Source: Convolutriloba macropyga
Taxonomy: Eukaryota
Assembly (NCBI RefSeq): GCF_964194025.1
Contig: NC_134476.1
Location: forward strand, 29,512,001 to 29,576,000
Direction of reading: 5' to 3'
Length of the DNA stretch: 64,000 nucleotides
The notes below the pieces were generated by a model, which had not been told where the DNA came from, did not search any database, and saw only the letters and a program-made list of their open reading frames with translations. Of the stretch, positions 22,950 to 34,329 are shown one piece after another. A program made the position numbers and the translations under genes. Position 1 is the first letter of the stretch, and each line of letters starts with the position of its first letter.

Positions 22950-24404
22950 TCACAATAGAATAATGAAATGTTCTTTTTGCTGAGTTTTCCTAACTTTTTT
23001 TGACTTTTCTGCGTCCTCACAGTCCCTATCACTCCTCAAACGCTTTGTAGCGCGAGGAAGGATTATACCATTGGCTTTACTAGCATCGTATGCGCTAGTA
23101 GATCTAAATTGTATAAAAATTAATCTTTCATTAGATCTTAAGAAACTTTCTCTTTTTCCAAACAATTATTTTGCACACAAAATATTCATAAACTAACTCT
23201 TGATCTGGAAATTCAACCAATGGCTCGCAGTGGTAACCCTGAGGTTCCTCAAAATGCTCGCAGACCAGCAGAAAAGCTGCTTGCTTGCGCTCTTGATCGT
23301 AAATCTCCCAAGGAAAGCGCACCCAAGCACTGATATCGGTGTGATACTCATAGTATACACATATATCCGTTTTCTGAAGCATGGCCATGCCAAGGAACTA
23401 AACATTTAGTTTGTTATTTTGGTTGTTAGTCAATTACTTAAAACAGCAAAAATAAAAAGTGGTTATTACCCAATAATCGCCTACGGGAAGTGGATTGTCG
23501 CGGTAATGAACAATTTCAAACGGATTAGGAGTATACCCGAGTACAGTTTCACAATGCGTTTTAAACTCCTCTCCCAGCATGTGATTTCCACATTGAAACC
23601 GTAGGGTATTACATTTTGCTTTGCGCAGACGTTCTGCTGTTCCATTGGTTTCTAAAGGAAAAACATTTAAATTCTTCGGAATAATCTGTAATATTCTAAA
23701 TGTGTGGAAGAAAAAAAATCAATTTGACCACGTGCTTGATTTTTGGCCGGTCAGCAAGTAAGACAGACTTGAAAAGATGCACTGGCCATACTCGTCTGCA
23801 AGTTTTTTGTTCCCAGTAATATCGGGAAAACCCAGAGTACAGAATCCTACAAATTTATCGCAGGGGTCATTTTTCCATCGCAGCTCGAGTTCACTGCACA
23901 ATTCCCTTTTTCTCCTTTCACCAACACTAGAGACAGTTATTGATTTTACAGCCTTGAATTCCTTGTAACACTTGTCACACCCGCGTATATACCTATAAAA
24001 TTATGCTTGTCATGTTGATATGTAAATTACAAAACGCACACAAAAACGATTCAAACAGTTGAGTTGATGATATGATGGTTCGTATACTTACTCAGTGACA
24101 GTCCGTCAGTGAAACTGGGAAGTGTAAACTCTTTTTCCATTAAAGCATCATACAGTAGCTTTTCTTGATAAATGTGCTTTCCCGACTTACTGACGTGTAC
24201 AGCCTTTAAACAATCTTCAGCTTGCTTGAAGGTGGGAACGTAAAATGAGCCCAACATTAAATTCTTTTCCTCCTCGAGAGAAAATTTAGAGAATTTTTCG
24301 TCCCAATACCGTGTGTTGTCGGATGTTATAGCCTTTTCGCGTTTGTTAAAACGTTTCCCCATTTGTAAATATCTCACTATCTTACTATACACTACTTCTT
24401 CCAT
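22950..24404 (-). CDS. Antisense spliced gene inside the LTR element: HHCC zinc-binding domain + OTU-like cysteine protease + basic NLS-like tail; predicted exons 24404-24088, 23992-~23730, ~23690-23470, 23397-23198, 23103-22950
   Basis: H..H in AVHVSKSGKH plus YIRGCDKC across intron 1; OTU-like DEYGQCIFSSLSYLLTG, MAMLQKTDICVY, W.RFP, FLL..YHCEPL; phase-consistent GT-AG introns 23469-23398 (gactaac branch point) and 23197-23104; intron 1 donor and intron 2 boundaries uncertain. Confidence 0.7.
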
Positions 24405-24606
24405 ATTAAATCTGAAAATTTTTTTTGTTTTTGCATTATTGTTTTGACATTTTTTGACTGAACGCCCAAGAATAGAAAAAACATTCTCTGAGCTAGTAAG
24501 TCGAGTAAATTAAAGTAGGAGTCAATCTAAAACAAAGGCTACAGCCTACAAATACCTAACACAAGGTAAAAAGTTTAGTCTTTAGTTTGAGTTAGTAAAC
24601 TAATGC

Positions 24607-24883
24607 TCATTCTCGCCTAAAGCATTTCTTGTAAATTGCATAGCCCACCCATGCAAGCCCAAACACAGAAGAAATAATAAGAATTATGTCAAGCACTGGA
24701 GCAGATTCCTCCCCACTGGGAGACACACACAGAGGAGGCAGCTCCTGGCTCCAAATACGAGTGCCATCAGGCACCTCCACAAAACTCCCATTGCCGCAAC
24801 AATAGATTTTGTGTGCGCAATTTTTTCTCAGTACAAGCAAAAGCGTGACTGATCAAAATGGCGACAAAACAAAGTTTCAACAT
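24607..24883 (-). CDS. Antisense small type I membrane protein (about 91 aa) with one homopolymer frameshift
   Basis: ATG at 24883 gives signal peptide MLKLCFVAILISHAFA-CTEK; removing one A of an A6 run joins NCAHKIYCCGNGS..LC..VLDIILIISSVFGLAWVGYAIY-KKCFRRE (TM plus basic stop-transfer); ttttcag acceptor 10 nt upstream of the ATG. Confidence 0.6.
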
Positions 24884-25070
24884 GATTGCAAAACTGAAAA
24901 CAATTCAAAATAACTTACCAAGAAACAGAATATTTAGTTTTACCTGAAGTCTCTCAACTCTTAAAAAGAGGAGTGACAGAAATTTAAATCTAAAACACAA
25001 AACATTGGTTAATACACATCAAAAAACATTGAAGAATTGACACCTAAAAACCTAACCTAAACCTAGTCCT

Positions 25071-27385
25071 ATGTTTAGAAATACGGTGAGGTCCAAAGTT
25101 TTACTTATATTCTGTATTCTTATTGAAGCGACGTACTCATCGGAAGTTATTGATAAGTTCGATTCAGTTTTACGCAAGGGAATATTTTTTAACGAAGAGC
25201 CGAAAATTTTACTTGCCGAGAAATTTGTCCCAGTTCAGTTTCTTGTACCATTTCCAACATATAATTTCACGCTGAAGCCTGAACTCACAAATTTATTGAA
25301 AAATCTTAATGATCGTTGGAAATTTCCATCTGTATCATGTTCACTCGACTTCGCAACTAATTTTGCATCAAACATATCATCATTTGACATCAATTGGATG
25401 CAAACCAAACTAGAATTGGAAGTCGACCAATCAAAGATTGATGTCGAATTGATTCGAAACGAAACCGCTACCTTCCTACAAACAACAATTTCAAACGGAA
25501 GATCAAAACGTGGAGCTCACGTTGGAATGTTGGCCATGGCAGGCATCGGACTTTTCGGTTCAGGCATTGCCATGGGAAGTTCTGGAGGATGCGGTCTAGC
25601 TGGTGTTTTCGGAACATGCCAAGACAAGGCCCAGACTTATGCAGCTAACATAGAACATCTGGGTACGATCACATCCATGCTCACATGTTTCGTTTCAAGA
25701 ATGAATACCGTGAATAATGAAAAATTCTTTGTAGTGAAGAACAAGCTTGAAGACATCGAGAACAATCAAAAACAGATGGAGGAGACGCAGAATAAAAACT
25801 GGGAAATAATCGAACGACAATTTGAAATAATCGACCAAAACTTCCACATTTTGAGAAACTGCGACCAAATGTTATTTTCTAATCAGCAATTGAACTTTAA
25901 CTACGACACAGCAGCCTCGTTATTATCACTTCTATTCGCTGACATAAAAGCTTACCGATCAGCTTTGTACACATACAGGATGAATGTCTTAAACGCGATC
26001 CCGACGATGCTTCAACATCTGCCAATTTCTTTAATTCCAAAGAAATCGCTGCTCGCGATAGTGAACTCTGTCGGTGATGAACTACATCGATCAGGAGAAA
26101 GACTCTCGCTTGCAATTCCAACTAACACTGATTTACTGTCGTACCACGACGCCAAGCTTCTTCGTGACGTTATTACAGTGGAAGAAGGGTTGATTCTCAC
26201 CCTTGCCATACCATTAGCGTCTCGAACGACAGCTTTCTCGGTCTACCGAGCCCATGTTATACCAATGCCTCAGTCAGGTCCTCGGATGGCCATTAGATGG
26301 GTCGTTGAAGCCCCATATTTGGCTATATCTGAATCGAAAGAGGATACAATGACGCTCTCGCAGGAACAGTATGAAGCATGTATTGGCTCGACTAGATATA
26401 ACCAGACCATGGCCTCTTACAGGAACAGACCCTCCTGCTTAGCAACCTTGCGTCTCGGATCTACACTCCGAGCAACTGAAACTTGCGACACGGAAGTCTT
26501 CTACCTACCAACCGAAGTTCAAGCAACTAACCTTGGTTATGGAATTTGGCTTTTGTTGTCGGCAACGGACAATTACGACATAACGAGTTGAGTCTTGAGC
26601 CCGCCTTAAGAGAGGAAACCCGCATCTTAAAGGGATGTAAGATTTGTCTTATAACCGTGAAATGCCAATTCCAACTTAATGTCGGGAAAAACGTGAAAAT
26701 TCGTCCGGATCTTGAAGTTTGTGACTCCATGAATGCGACGTTCATCGATGTTCAGCTACCTGACCTTTTGTCAGCACTTCTTGGAACAGTGCCAGATATT
26801 AGCGAGCTACCATTCTTTGACTCCAAAACCTCAGCAGGAGTTGAACTCATCAAGAAAGTTCGAGCAGAATTAGCACAAAGTCCAAAAATTTCAACGAGTG
26901 ACGACCTGATCAAAATAGCTCAACCAATTACAATGGACATGAGTTCTCTCAACCCATCTTTCAAGTCCTACTTTAATGAGTATGTACCCGCAAAGGTATC
27001 ATTATCGCTCACTATCGTTGTTTTCATTGGAAGTATGATCTTACACCTGATCATGTATCTTTATCACAAATGCAAAGTAATTCGGAAATATGTCCCATCA
27101 GTTTTCAAGTTTGGTGTCGACATGCCTAATGTTCGACCAGTCATGTTCATTTACCCTCCCACGACACCCAAACAACCCAACGAAATAATACAAAAACACA
27201 GTGATTCACATGTTTTTGTCATGATGTCACGCATTGATGGACGTTTATGTCCACCATATGAAGACAAGGATCCTAACAATCCGCTTTTGATATCTCAGAT
27301 CCACTTGAAATCAGACGGAAATTACCATTTGAAAACATCCCAAAACAATATAAATCAGAACACCCCAAACAACAGACAACCCTGA
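25071..27385 (+). pseudogene. env: Envelope / class I viral fusion glycoprotein (baculovirus F, errantivirus env, paramyxovirus F-like layout), split by one frameshift near 26580
   Basis: Signal peptide VLLIFCILIEATYS, furin site RSKR followed by Gly-rich hydrophobic fusion peptide GAHVGMLAMAGIGLFGSGIAMG, heptad region, Cys-rich region, C-terminal TM VSLSLTIVVFIGSMILHLIMYLY in ORF 26546-27385, N-glycosylation sequons. Confidence 0.88.
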
Positions 27386-27992
27386 AGGTCTGCTTCATCA
27401 ATAACTGTCTCCATTGATCCTAATCATCAAAATGATTCACGACTACACTCGCAACATGTCTCCCTACAAACCATCCCGAATGAACAACTAACTATCCAAA
27501 CTGATCAACATTCACCAGCAGGTGAAAACTCCGAATCTAACCTCTAGTGCAGTGAGCTGTAAAATAAAATGTAGTATACTCTCTGACGAACACCTGCACC
27601 TTTTCCGATACAATTCTCTACAACCAGCAGCTGTCGATTAACGCAACGATCAAATATGCGATTCTGACTTGGCTCTAACACACACCAATTTTGACCCACC
27701 AAAATTACTAGTTAACTCTATGAACAACACTCGACAATTTCGATCCCCACAACTTTTACTTCAATGATATTCCCATAACCGACTTCTAGTTTTCTACAAC
27801 ATGTATCACTGTTACAATATGTATTCTATCAATGGCTCCTGGCATGATGGCTCGGCTTCAATTTTGACTATTTCTTATCTCAAATGATGCTATTCTCAAT
27901 TATCTTCTCTACGTTTTATATCTCGACAATATTTATTGCTTTGGCACAAAAATTTTGGACAATAAAATTTTTATGTGTCCGGAAGCTTCTCT

Positions 27993-28004
27993 AAAGGAGG
28001 GGAG
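27993..28004 (+). promoter_or_regulatory. Polypurine tract
   Basis: aaaggaggggag directly before the 3' LTR. Confidence 0.9.
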
Positions 28005-28396
28005 TGTGACGTTGTCTAAAGCAACATTTGAACATTTCAAATTGTATTCCAAGAAACTATCGTTAAAGACACACTACGTACTATTTATTTAAAGTAAACA
28101 CTGAACCTCACCAATTGTAAACAACTAAATTAGAGAACAGATTTATCAGCTAAAGTTAAGTTGCTATTATACCGTAACTGTAAACTTGAAAGAATTGAAT
28201 AAAAGGTATAAGAACAGATACTCACTTTATATTAATTTATCAGCTAGCTTGAAGATTGAAGGTTGTCGATCCACGCTTCTGGAGAACATCCTAAACTCAA
28301 CATCTTCGTGCAGTAACCGCATGCAAGAAAGACCACAAAACAACTAGAAACAAGCATTACCAACCTGCAACAATACATAAATCTTGTGGCATCACA
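28005..28396 (+). repeat. 3' LTR (392 bp)
   Basis: Direct repeat of 17473-17864 followed by AATAA TSD. Confidence 0.97.
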
Positions 28397-30321
28397 AATA
28401 ACTCAAAGAAAACCTCGTCCATCGATTGTAATCTATAAAAAACTAACCATGAATGCACGCGTAGTGGAAGCGGGAAGGAAGACTTTACCATTTTAGACAG
28501 TTATTTCCTGGTTACATAGCAGTTGTTGCAGTCAATCCTGGACAAATAAACTTCTTACAATTACGCCTTTGTGTCAACGCTTTACGGTGTCTTTAGATTT
28601 TGCCTAAATCCACTAGAAAGTTTATGGACCGGATCTTTGATGCTCCGAAAAAACCACTCTGTAATTTACAAGTCCAGGAGGTACTGGTACTCCAGCTAGA
28701 TTAAGAACATTTTATTTTGAAGTAAGACACATCAGAAAACTTTGTGAACTCAGAGCGAAAAGCAATTTGCGCGTACACAAATTCGAGTCTCCCATCGATA
28801 GAACCACTGGATTCGGCAGCATCTGACGCAGTGATGGGAAGGACACGTTTTGCTAGAGAGACAGCGAACAGACAAAGAATTAATGTAACTGTTTACCACA
28901 GAAATGAACATGTGAAACGCCTGTTTATTTCTGTGATCCCTATGACTGGTTGGTTGCAATCAAAACTGATGGAAAGCCAACAGCTATACCAATTGAAGAT
29001 TTGTGCAATCTTGCGAGACGGCAGATTTCATTTCGAGTGTGTTGCAGGAAAGATGATCATCCAGTTGATTCAAAGAAATCAATGAAGCAGTATCCGAGAA
29101 TCTAATTAATGTTCTGCCAAAAGTGACAAGCTCAACAAGCAGCCATTTGTTGAGCTTATGTGATCTTTGTTTGTATTGTGTTAACCTAGTTTGTGAGGTG
29201 ATAAAACGGATAATATTACATCTTTTCATAGGCAGTGGAGTTTTCTCTGATTTTTAATCTTACATACCTATTGTATCGTTTCTCGTACAGGGAAGGCTAT
29301 AATCTTATTTTTGCATCCGGAAATAAGTTTTTATTCCAAGATCTTTGTGCGATCAGCTGTCATAGTAACCACGGTTAACCCTCTCAGTTTAATGGTCATG
29401 CGAACCCGTTTTTTTAAATCAACAAACCTTTCGACAGGTGGAGTTTTGGCGCTAATCAGTCCCTAGCTTGAAGCCTTATAACAACAAAATACAAAGTTCC
29501 GCAAAAGTCTAGGCGCAGTAAAATGATCTTTCTTTTAACTTTTCTGTGCCAATTATAGAAACAATGAACTACTTACTGGGTTTGAATCTTTTTAAAACAT
29601 ATTTTTTGTGAGGAGCCTCAATTAATTAAATAGCCTTATGAGCCATCAATTTCAAATTACATCGCCCATCCATATTTGTTAATTGGAAAACAGCTCGCCT
29701 TGTTTTTCATTATTTTTTTTCTATTCCTGGAAATAGATTAGTAAAATTACGTCAAAGTAAAGTTCTGTTTTTTTTTGTTTTTGTGCGGACAACAGTCAGA
29801 TTTTTGATGGTTCTTTTTGATATAGTAATTTTGGATTTTTTTACCACTCTCTGGTTACATTACAATAAAGGGCATACTTTCTGTTTTCGTCAGATTTTCT
29901 TGTCTGGAGATCTGGAGAGCGAACAGCTGAAACTGTTCAATGTTTGTAGATTTTTAAATCAGATCAGACTATTACCAATCATAGATTGTGACTACAGTAA
30001 ACAATGTAACCCCTCGTCTCTTTGTTGTCCACACTTCTGGTTCATGGTTAAGGAAATTGAATTTGACTTCTACATGTGCTCATATATTGATAAAGTTCAT
30101 TTTGAAATCAATTGTTAATATTTAAATTGTATCTATTTAATTGAATGAATCGCTTGCGAAGTTTTTTCTATCCTGTTTAATTGACCGTTATGTTCCCCGG
30201 GTTTTGGAGCATACTGAGTGGTTTAGGTATTCAAAATTGATTTGGGACTTCAAAATAATTTGTTAAGTTTGTTCTTATTTTTTCAGCGTAACAAGCAGAA
30301 ATTTCAAAATCTATTTTGAAA

Positions 30322-31317
30322 ATGCAACCTCTGTGGAACGCGTTTAATGGGCTGACATCTCGAATTGAGAGTCTTGTTTCCGAAAACAAGCTTTTGAAAA
30401 AGCGCAATCAAACTTTGGAAACTCAATTGCTACACTCTTTAAACATGGAACGAACCCAAAGCGAGAACAAGGATAGAGTTATATCTGATCTTCACAGAAA
30501 AGTCGAACAGAGAAAGGCGGAATTGAGTAATGTTAAAGTTGCCATTGATCAAGAAAAGGTTACACTTAATAGCGAAAAACATATCTTGGAAAGCCAGAAA
30601 ACAGCTTTAGAGGACGAAATAGAATTGTTTAAGAAAAAATTACACAAATCCGATTTGAAGATCCTCGAATTGCAGAACGCGAACAACGCTTTGAAAGCTG
30701 AACAAAATCAGCAGAAGGTTGAGAGGAATGATTTGATTATGGAAATTGGCAATATTAAAAAGTTGATCAAAAATTTGCAGACAATTAACAGAATTAACGA
30801 GGAGACGATCACAAAGGTCAGAACCAATATATCTGAATTGACTGACGCAAACCAGCGAATATCTGACGTAGCTAAAAACTCAGAATTGGAGCGAGAGAAA
30901 ACGGCGTTGGAACTAAAAGCTGCGGTAAAATCGACGAAACTGCTAGAAAGTTCTAGAAAAGCTCTGGAACGGGAATTAAACGATGTAAAGCATGAGGCAG
31001 CATCAGAGAAAAATGTGCTTGAACTAAAAATTGCTGGTCTTGAAAAGTGTTCTGCGGAGTCAAACGAGAAACTGAAGAAGGTTAATGTTGAAAACGATGC
31101 CCTTGAAGCACAGTTGCTACAAACATTTGACACTATTAGATCGATTAAACTGAAGGTTCCCTTCGAGAACATCCAACAGAGTCAGCCTAAGTGTCAAGAT
31201 GAAGCAAAGAACAATTTTGAGGTGAAATGCGAAGATAGTGGAGATGATTGTGTGCAAGTTTGTGGACCTAGTGATAAGGCTACTTTACACCCAAGTCCTG
31301 CTATGAATGTCATGTAG
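30322..31317 (+). CDS. Uncharacterised coiled-coil protein (about 331 aa, or a large exon)
   Basis: 1-kb open frame rich in E/K/L/N heptads; first ATG 30322 with in-frame stop at 30289; tttcag acceptor at 30286. Confidence 0.75.
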   Translation: MQPLWNAFNGLTSRIESLVSENKLLKKRNQTLETQLLHSLNMERTQSENKDRVISDLHRKVEQRKAELSNVKVAIDQEKVTLNSEKHILESQKTALEDEIELFKKKLHKSDLKILELQNANNALKAEQNQQKVERNDLIMEIGNIKKLIKNLQTINRINEETITKVRTNISELTDANQRISDVAKNSELEREKTALELKAAVKSTKLLESSRKALERELNDVKHEAASEKNVLELKIAGLEKCSAESNEKLKKVNVENDALEAQLLQTFDTIRSIKLKVPFENIQQSQPKCQDEAKNNFEVKCEDSGDDCVQVCGPSDKATLHPSPAMNVM

Positions 31318-31698
31318 AAGAATTAAGACATTAGGGAAAGTGTTTGCAGTTGAATTTTGTTTTTAGTTAGTTAAGCAATTTACAATTGTTACTCGATTTT
31401 TTTTGCAATTTCTTTAAATTACCACAAAACTCACCTAAAAGTATTTTGTTTTTAGATTCTTTGTTATGTGTCCGGAAAATTACGGCTATTTCATTTTATC
31501 TAATATGTGATTGCTAAACTCAAATACGACAGCCATTCTGAATAATAACGAGCTCCATCTGTCTGTGTGAACGGGAATCCTGACCTTCTGGCGATTAAGT
31601 TAACTTCAGTGCCATTGGTGTTCTTCGACAAACAAAGTGAACGTTGTTGGGATTGCAGTAAGCTGGTCACAAAAGTAATTTATTGATTGTGGTGAAGG

Positions 31699-32574
31699 AT
31701 GAACGCGAGTAGCGGAGACCATTTGGGTCACCATTCGACCTCTAATGGTACAAGTGGGCATACTTTCTCTGGTGATATGAGATCACTAAAGAGTATTCAA
31801 CTGAAGCTGGACCAACTGGTTGGCGAGTTTCACTCACCCAATAGGGAGGACGGGTTCCAGCAGATGCTCCAAAAGATGGAACAGGTTCAGACAATTTATC
31901 TGTTCATCATCTGGCATCTCAAGTAGTGCTTGGGGGGGTGCTTAAAGTTTTTGCTACGCTACTGTAGACATGCTAACGTCTTGTGTTGCGATTTGCTAAG
32001 TTTTTCCGAATGCGCGTTGGAGGCAGAAACGTTCTTATTTCCGTTAAGTTAAATTTTAATGCATGGCAGTGCTATGCAAGTCAAATGGGTTAACTTAATT
32101 CAAGCGAAATATTTATTTGGGTCCATTTCATATCTTAAATGATTTAAGACAATACCACTTCGTCAAACTATTTTTTGAACTTCGTTAAAAATAAACATTT
32201 TTCCTATCCCTCGGATACAGAAACAAATAGTAGAATAGAAACGAATAGTGAATTGGTACAAGTAAGTTGACCTCTGTGATACAATAAGTATCGACGTAGG
32301 TTGTCATTATTTTTGTAATTTCAATATGCTAAATGGTTAAATTTTACAGGTGCGCAATTGCCAACAGAGTTTGTGTATAGCCCATTTTGAAATGGAGAAG
32401 ACCCTAGACAGGTCAACAGATGCCCAGACCCTGGATGACCAGTTTAGGCCATTCGATATATTATCTGGCAGACTCACAGCACTAAATGATGCAATTAAGA
32501 ACCTCCATCCACACCAACAAGAGACTAATGATACTGCGACTGGAAGTGGACGCAGCACCAGCAAATACCGATAG
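31699..32574 (+). CDS. CCDC28: CCDC28-like protein (136 aa), exons 31699-31884 and 32350-32574
   Basis: Phase-0 CAG|gt..ttacag|GTG join gives HTFSGDMRSLKSIQLKLDQLVGEFHS..KMEQVRNCQQSLCIAHFEM..LTALNDAIKNLH, matching the CCDC28 pattern HSF..DV..V..ME..L..LL.DFHS..QME.VR..QE.L..LHF.L..L..L..SI..LH. Confidence 0.78.
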
Positions 32575-34329
32575 TCCAAATAATTTGATATATTTCTTCC
32601 TTTCTATCTTATTATTGTTGCAATGTTCTTTAATTTAAGCTTCTCATAGTTCAGTTAAAAAATTTTTAAAATCGAATTTTGCATTTACCAGTGGAACACT
32701 ATGTAAACTTTTCTCGATTTTTTTTTGTGTTGCAAGAACCGCCTTTTCGTTTGATTGGAGGTTAATTAATTGATTGGAATTTGAGGTAGTGATCAAACTT
32801 TTTGTCTGTAAATTTAGCAACTTCGGTGTTTTACCAATTGCATCCCCATTTTGCATTTCGTAGTTACTGTCTTTGATCACAGTGTTACTTGTTTATAGCC
32901 AGTGTTAGTGTCGGTATAGTAGAGATAATAAAAATAAAATATTAGAAGCGACCTTTTGCTTCACTCTTGTGGAATATTGAATCAGGAAGTTTGCCTTGTT
33001 TAATATAATCAGCTAATGAAAGAATACAAATTGGATGCTTTTTTGGCTGTTTGTGCTAACCTGTGATTTGTCATTTGAGCCCCCTTAGTGAACTTATTGA
33101 CCCTTAAGCCACCTGTTACCAATCCCCCGCATAAGCTGGTTCCTTTAGAATGGTGTCGCGAGCAAAAGTAAAATGAAAAGCACGCCAAATTTGATCCAAT
33201 TTTCGACTTTAAATAATATTGCTGGACTAACCTCTGTTAACCTATTGCCTGCCATAACCCCTCTTTCGCTGAAGGAGTTTTTGATAAAATCGATCTCCGT
33301 CGGCTATGTTTCCTCTTTTCATCCTGTTTTATACTTAAACTTTCAATTTTTTTGCATGGTTCAAGCGGATTGTCAATAGTGGCAAATGATTTTTTAAGCA
33401 TGGGTTATAAGCTTAGATCTTCACTATTTCCTTAAATCTGAAAAATGTTTTCTGTTCACGTTTGGCTTTTCCAAGCTGTTTTTTTTCTTGTTTTAAATGT
33501 AGTCTTTCTTGTTTTAGGTTGTCTAAAAGAGAATTGTAGACTAAAGTTATAATAGTTTTACGCATATTTGGAGTTTAACTTTTTTGAGGTTCTAACAAAG
33601 TTTTGCTGATATTTTAAAATCATTTGTTAAATGCTCGATGTTTTTAAACACTCAAGGCCAACTTGAGGCCAGTTACGAGGTCAACTTGAGGCCTGATCGC
33701 TCCAGAAACGCGCTTAAAATAGTTGTGGGCGTGGTTTTTCAATTATTTAGGGAAGTAAATCATGATGGGATGTATCATTGATACCGATCATATATTGTCC
33801 CTGGATATCATCTTTATAATTTGTATGCGTGAAACGTTTGAACAAGTTTCATCAATCAATCTCAGAAATGTCACACTCTATTTAAAGTGGAGGTAATTGA
33901 CGGCGAAGGACTTTTGCAGTCAAATTATCGTTATTTCTGTGAACTTTTTGTTTGATTACTACCTTTACTATACGACGCGTATCCTTCATAGAAAATGTTT
34001 TATGTTTTTCAAAATTCGCAATTTCGAATGCACTCGGAAAGCTATGCAAGGCACATATGTTAGAACAACTTTTGTTTTTGTGATTGAAACCATTGTTTCC
34101 ACAGGTAGCACCTTGAGCTAAGGGTCTTACCTATCGCTGGATATTAGTACTAAGCTCTAATGATGTGATGCACTTGTAATTTCGCCGCCCTCTAAGAGCA
34201 GTATTCTAAGAGTCATCAGAGATCGACTATTTTTCGTCAAAACTTGGCTGGCTACTACCGCAGCCGTGAATCCCCCGATCCTTTGGGCTTAACGAACTTC
34301 TGACAGTGAAGTTATTAAAATAAAAATTA

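Larger units (their letters stand above)
17473..28396 (+). mobile_element. Envelope-encoding Ty3/Gypsy-like LTR retroelement (endogenous retrovirus-like), 10,924 bp, internally deleted and non-autonomous
   Basis: Paired TG..CA LTRs, 5-bp TSD AATAA (17468-17472 and 28397-28401), PBS, PPT, gag-pro-(IN)-env order. Confidence 0.97.

Noticed and set aside
28744-29229. 113-aa ORF and overlapping ORFs downstream of the 3' LTR
   Set aside because: GTG start, no recognisable motif; may be an old TE relic but cannot be supported
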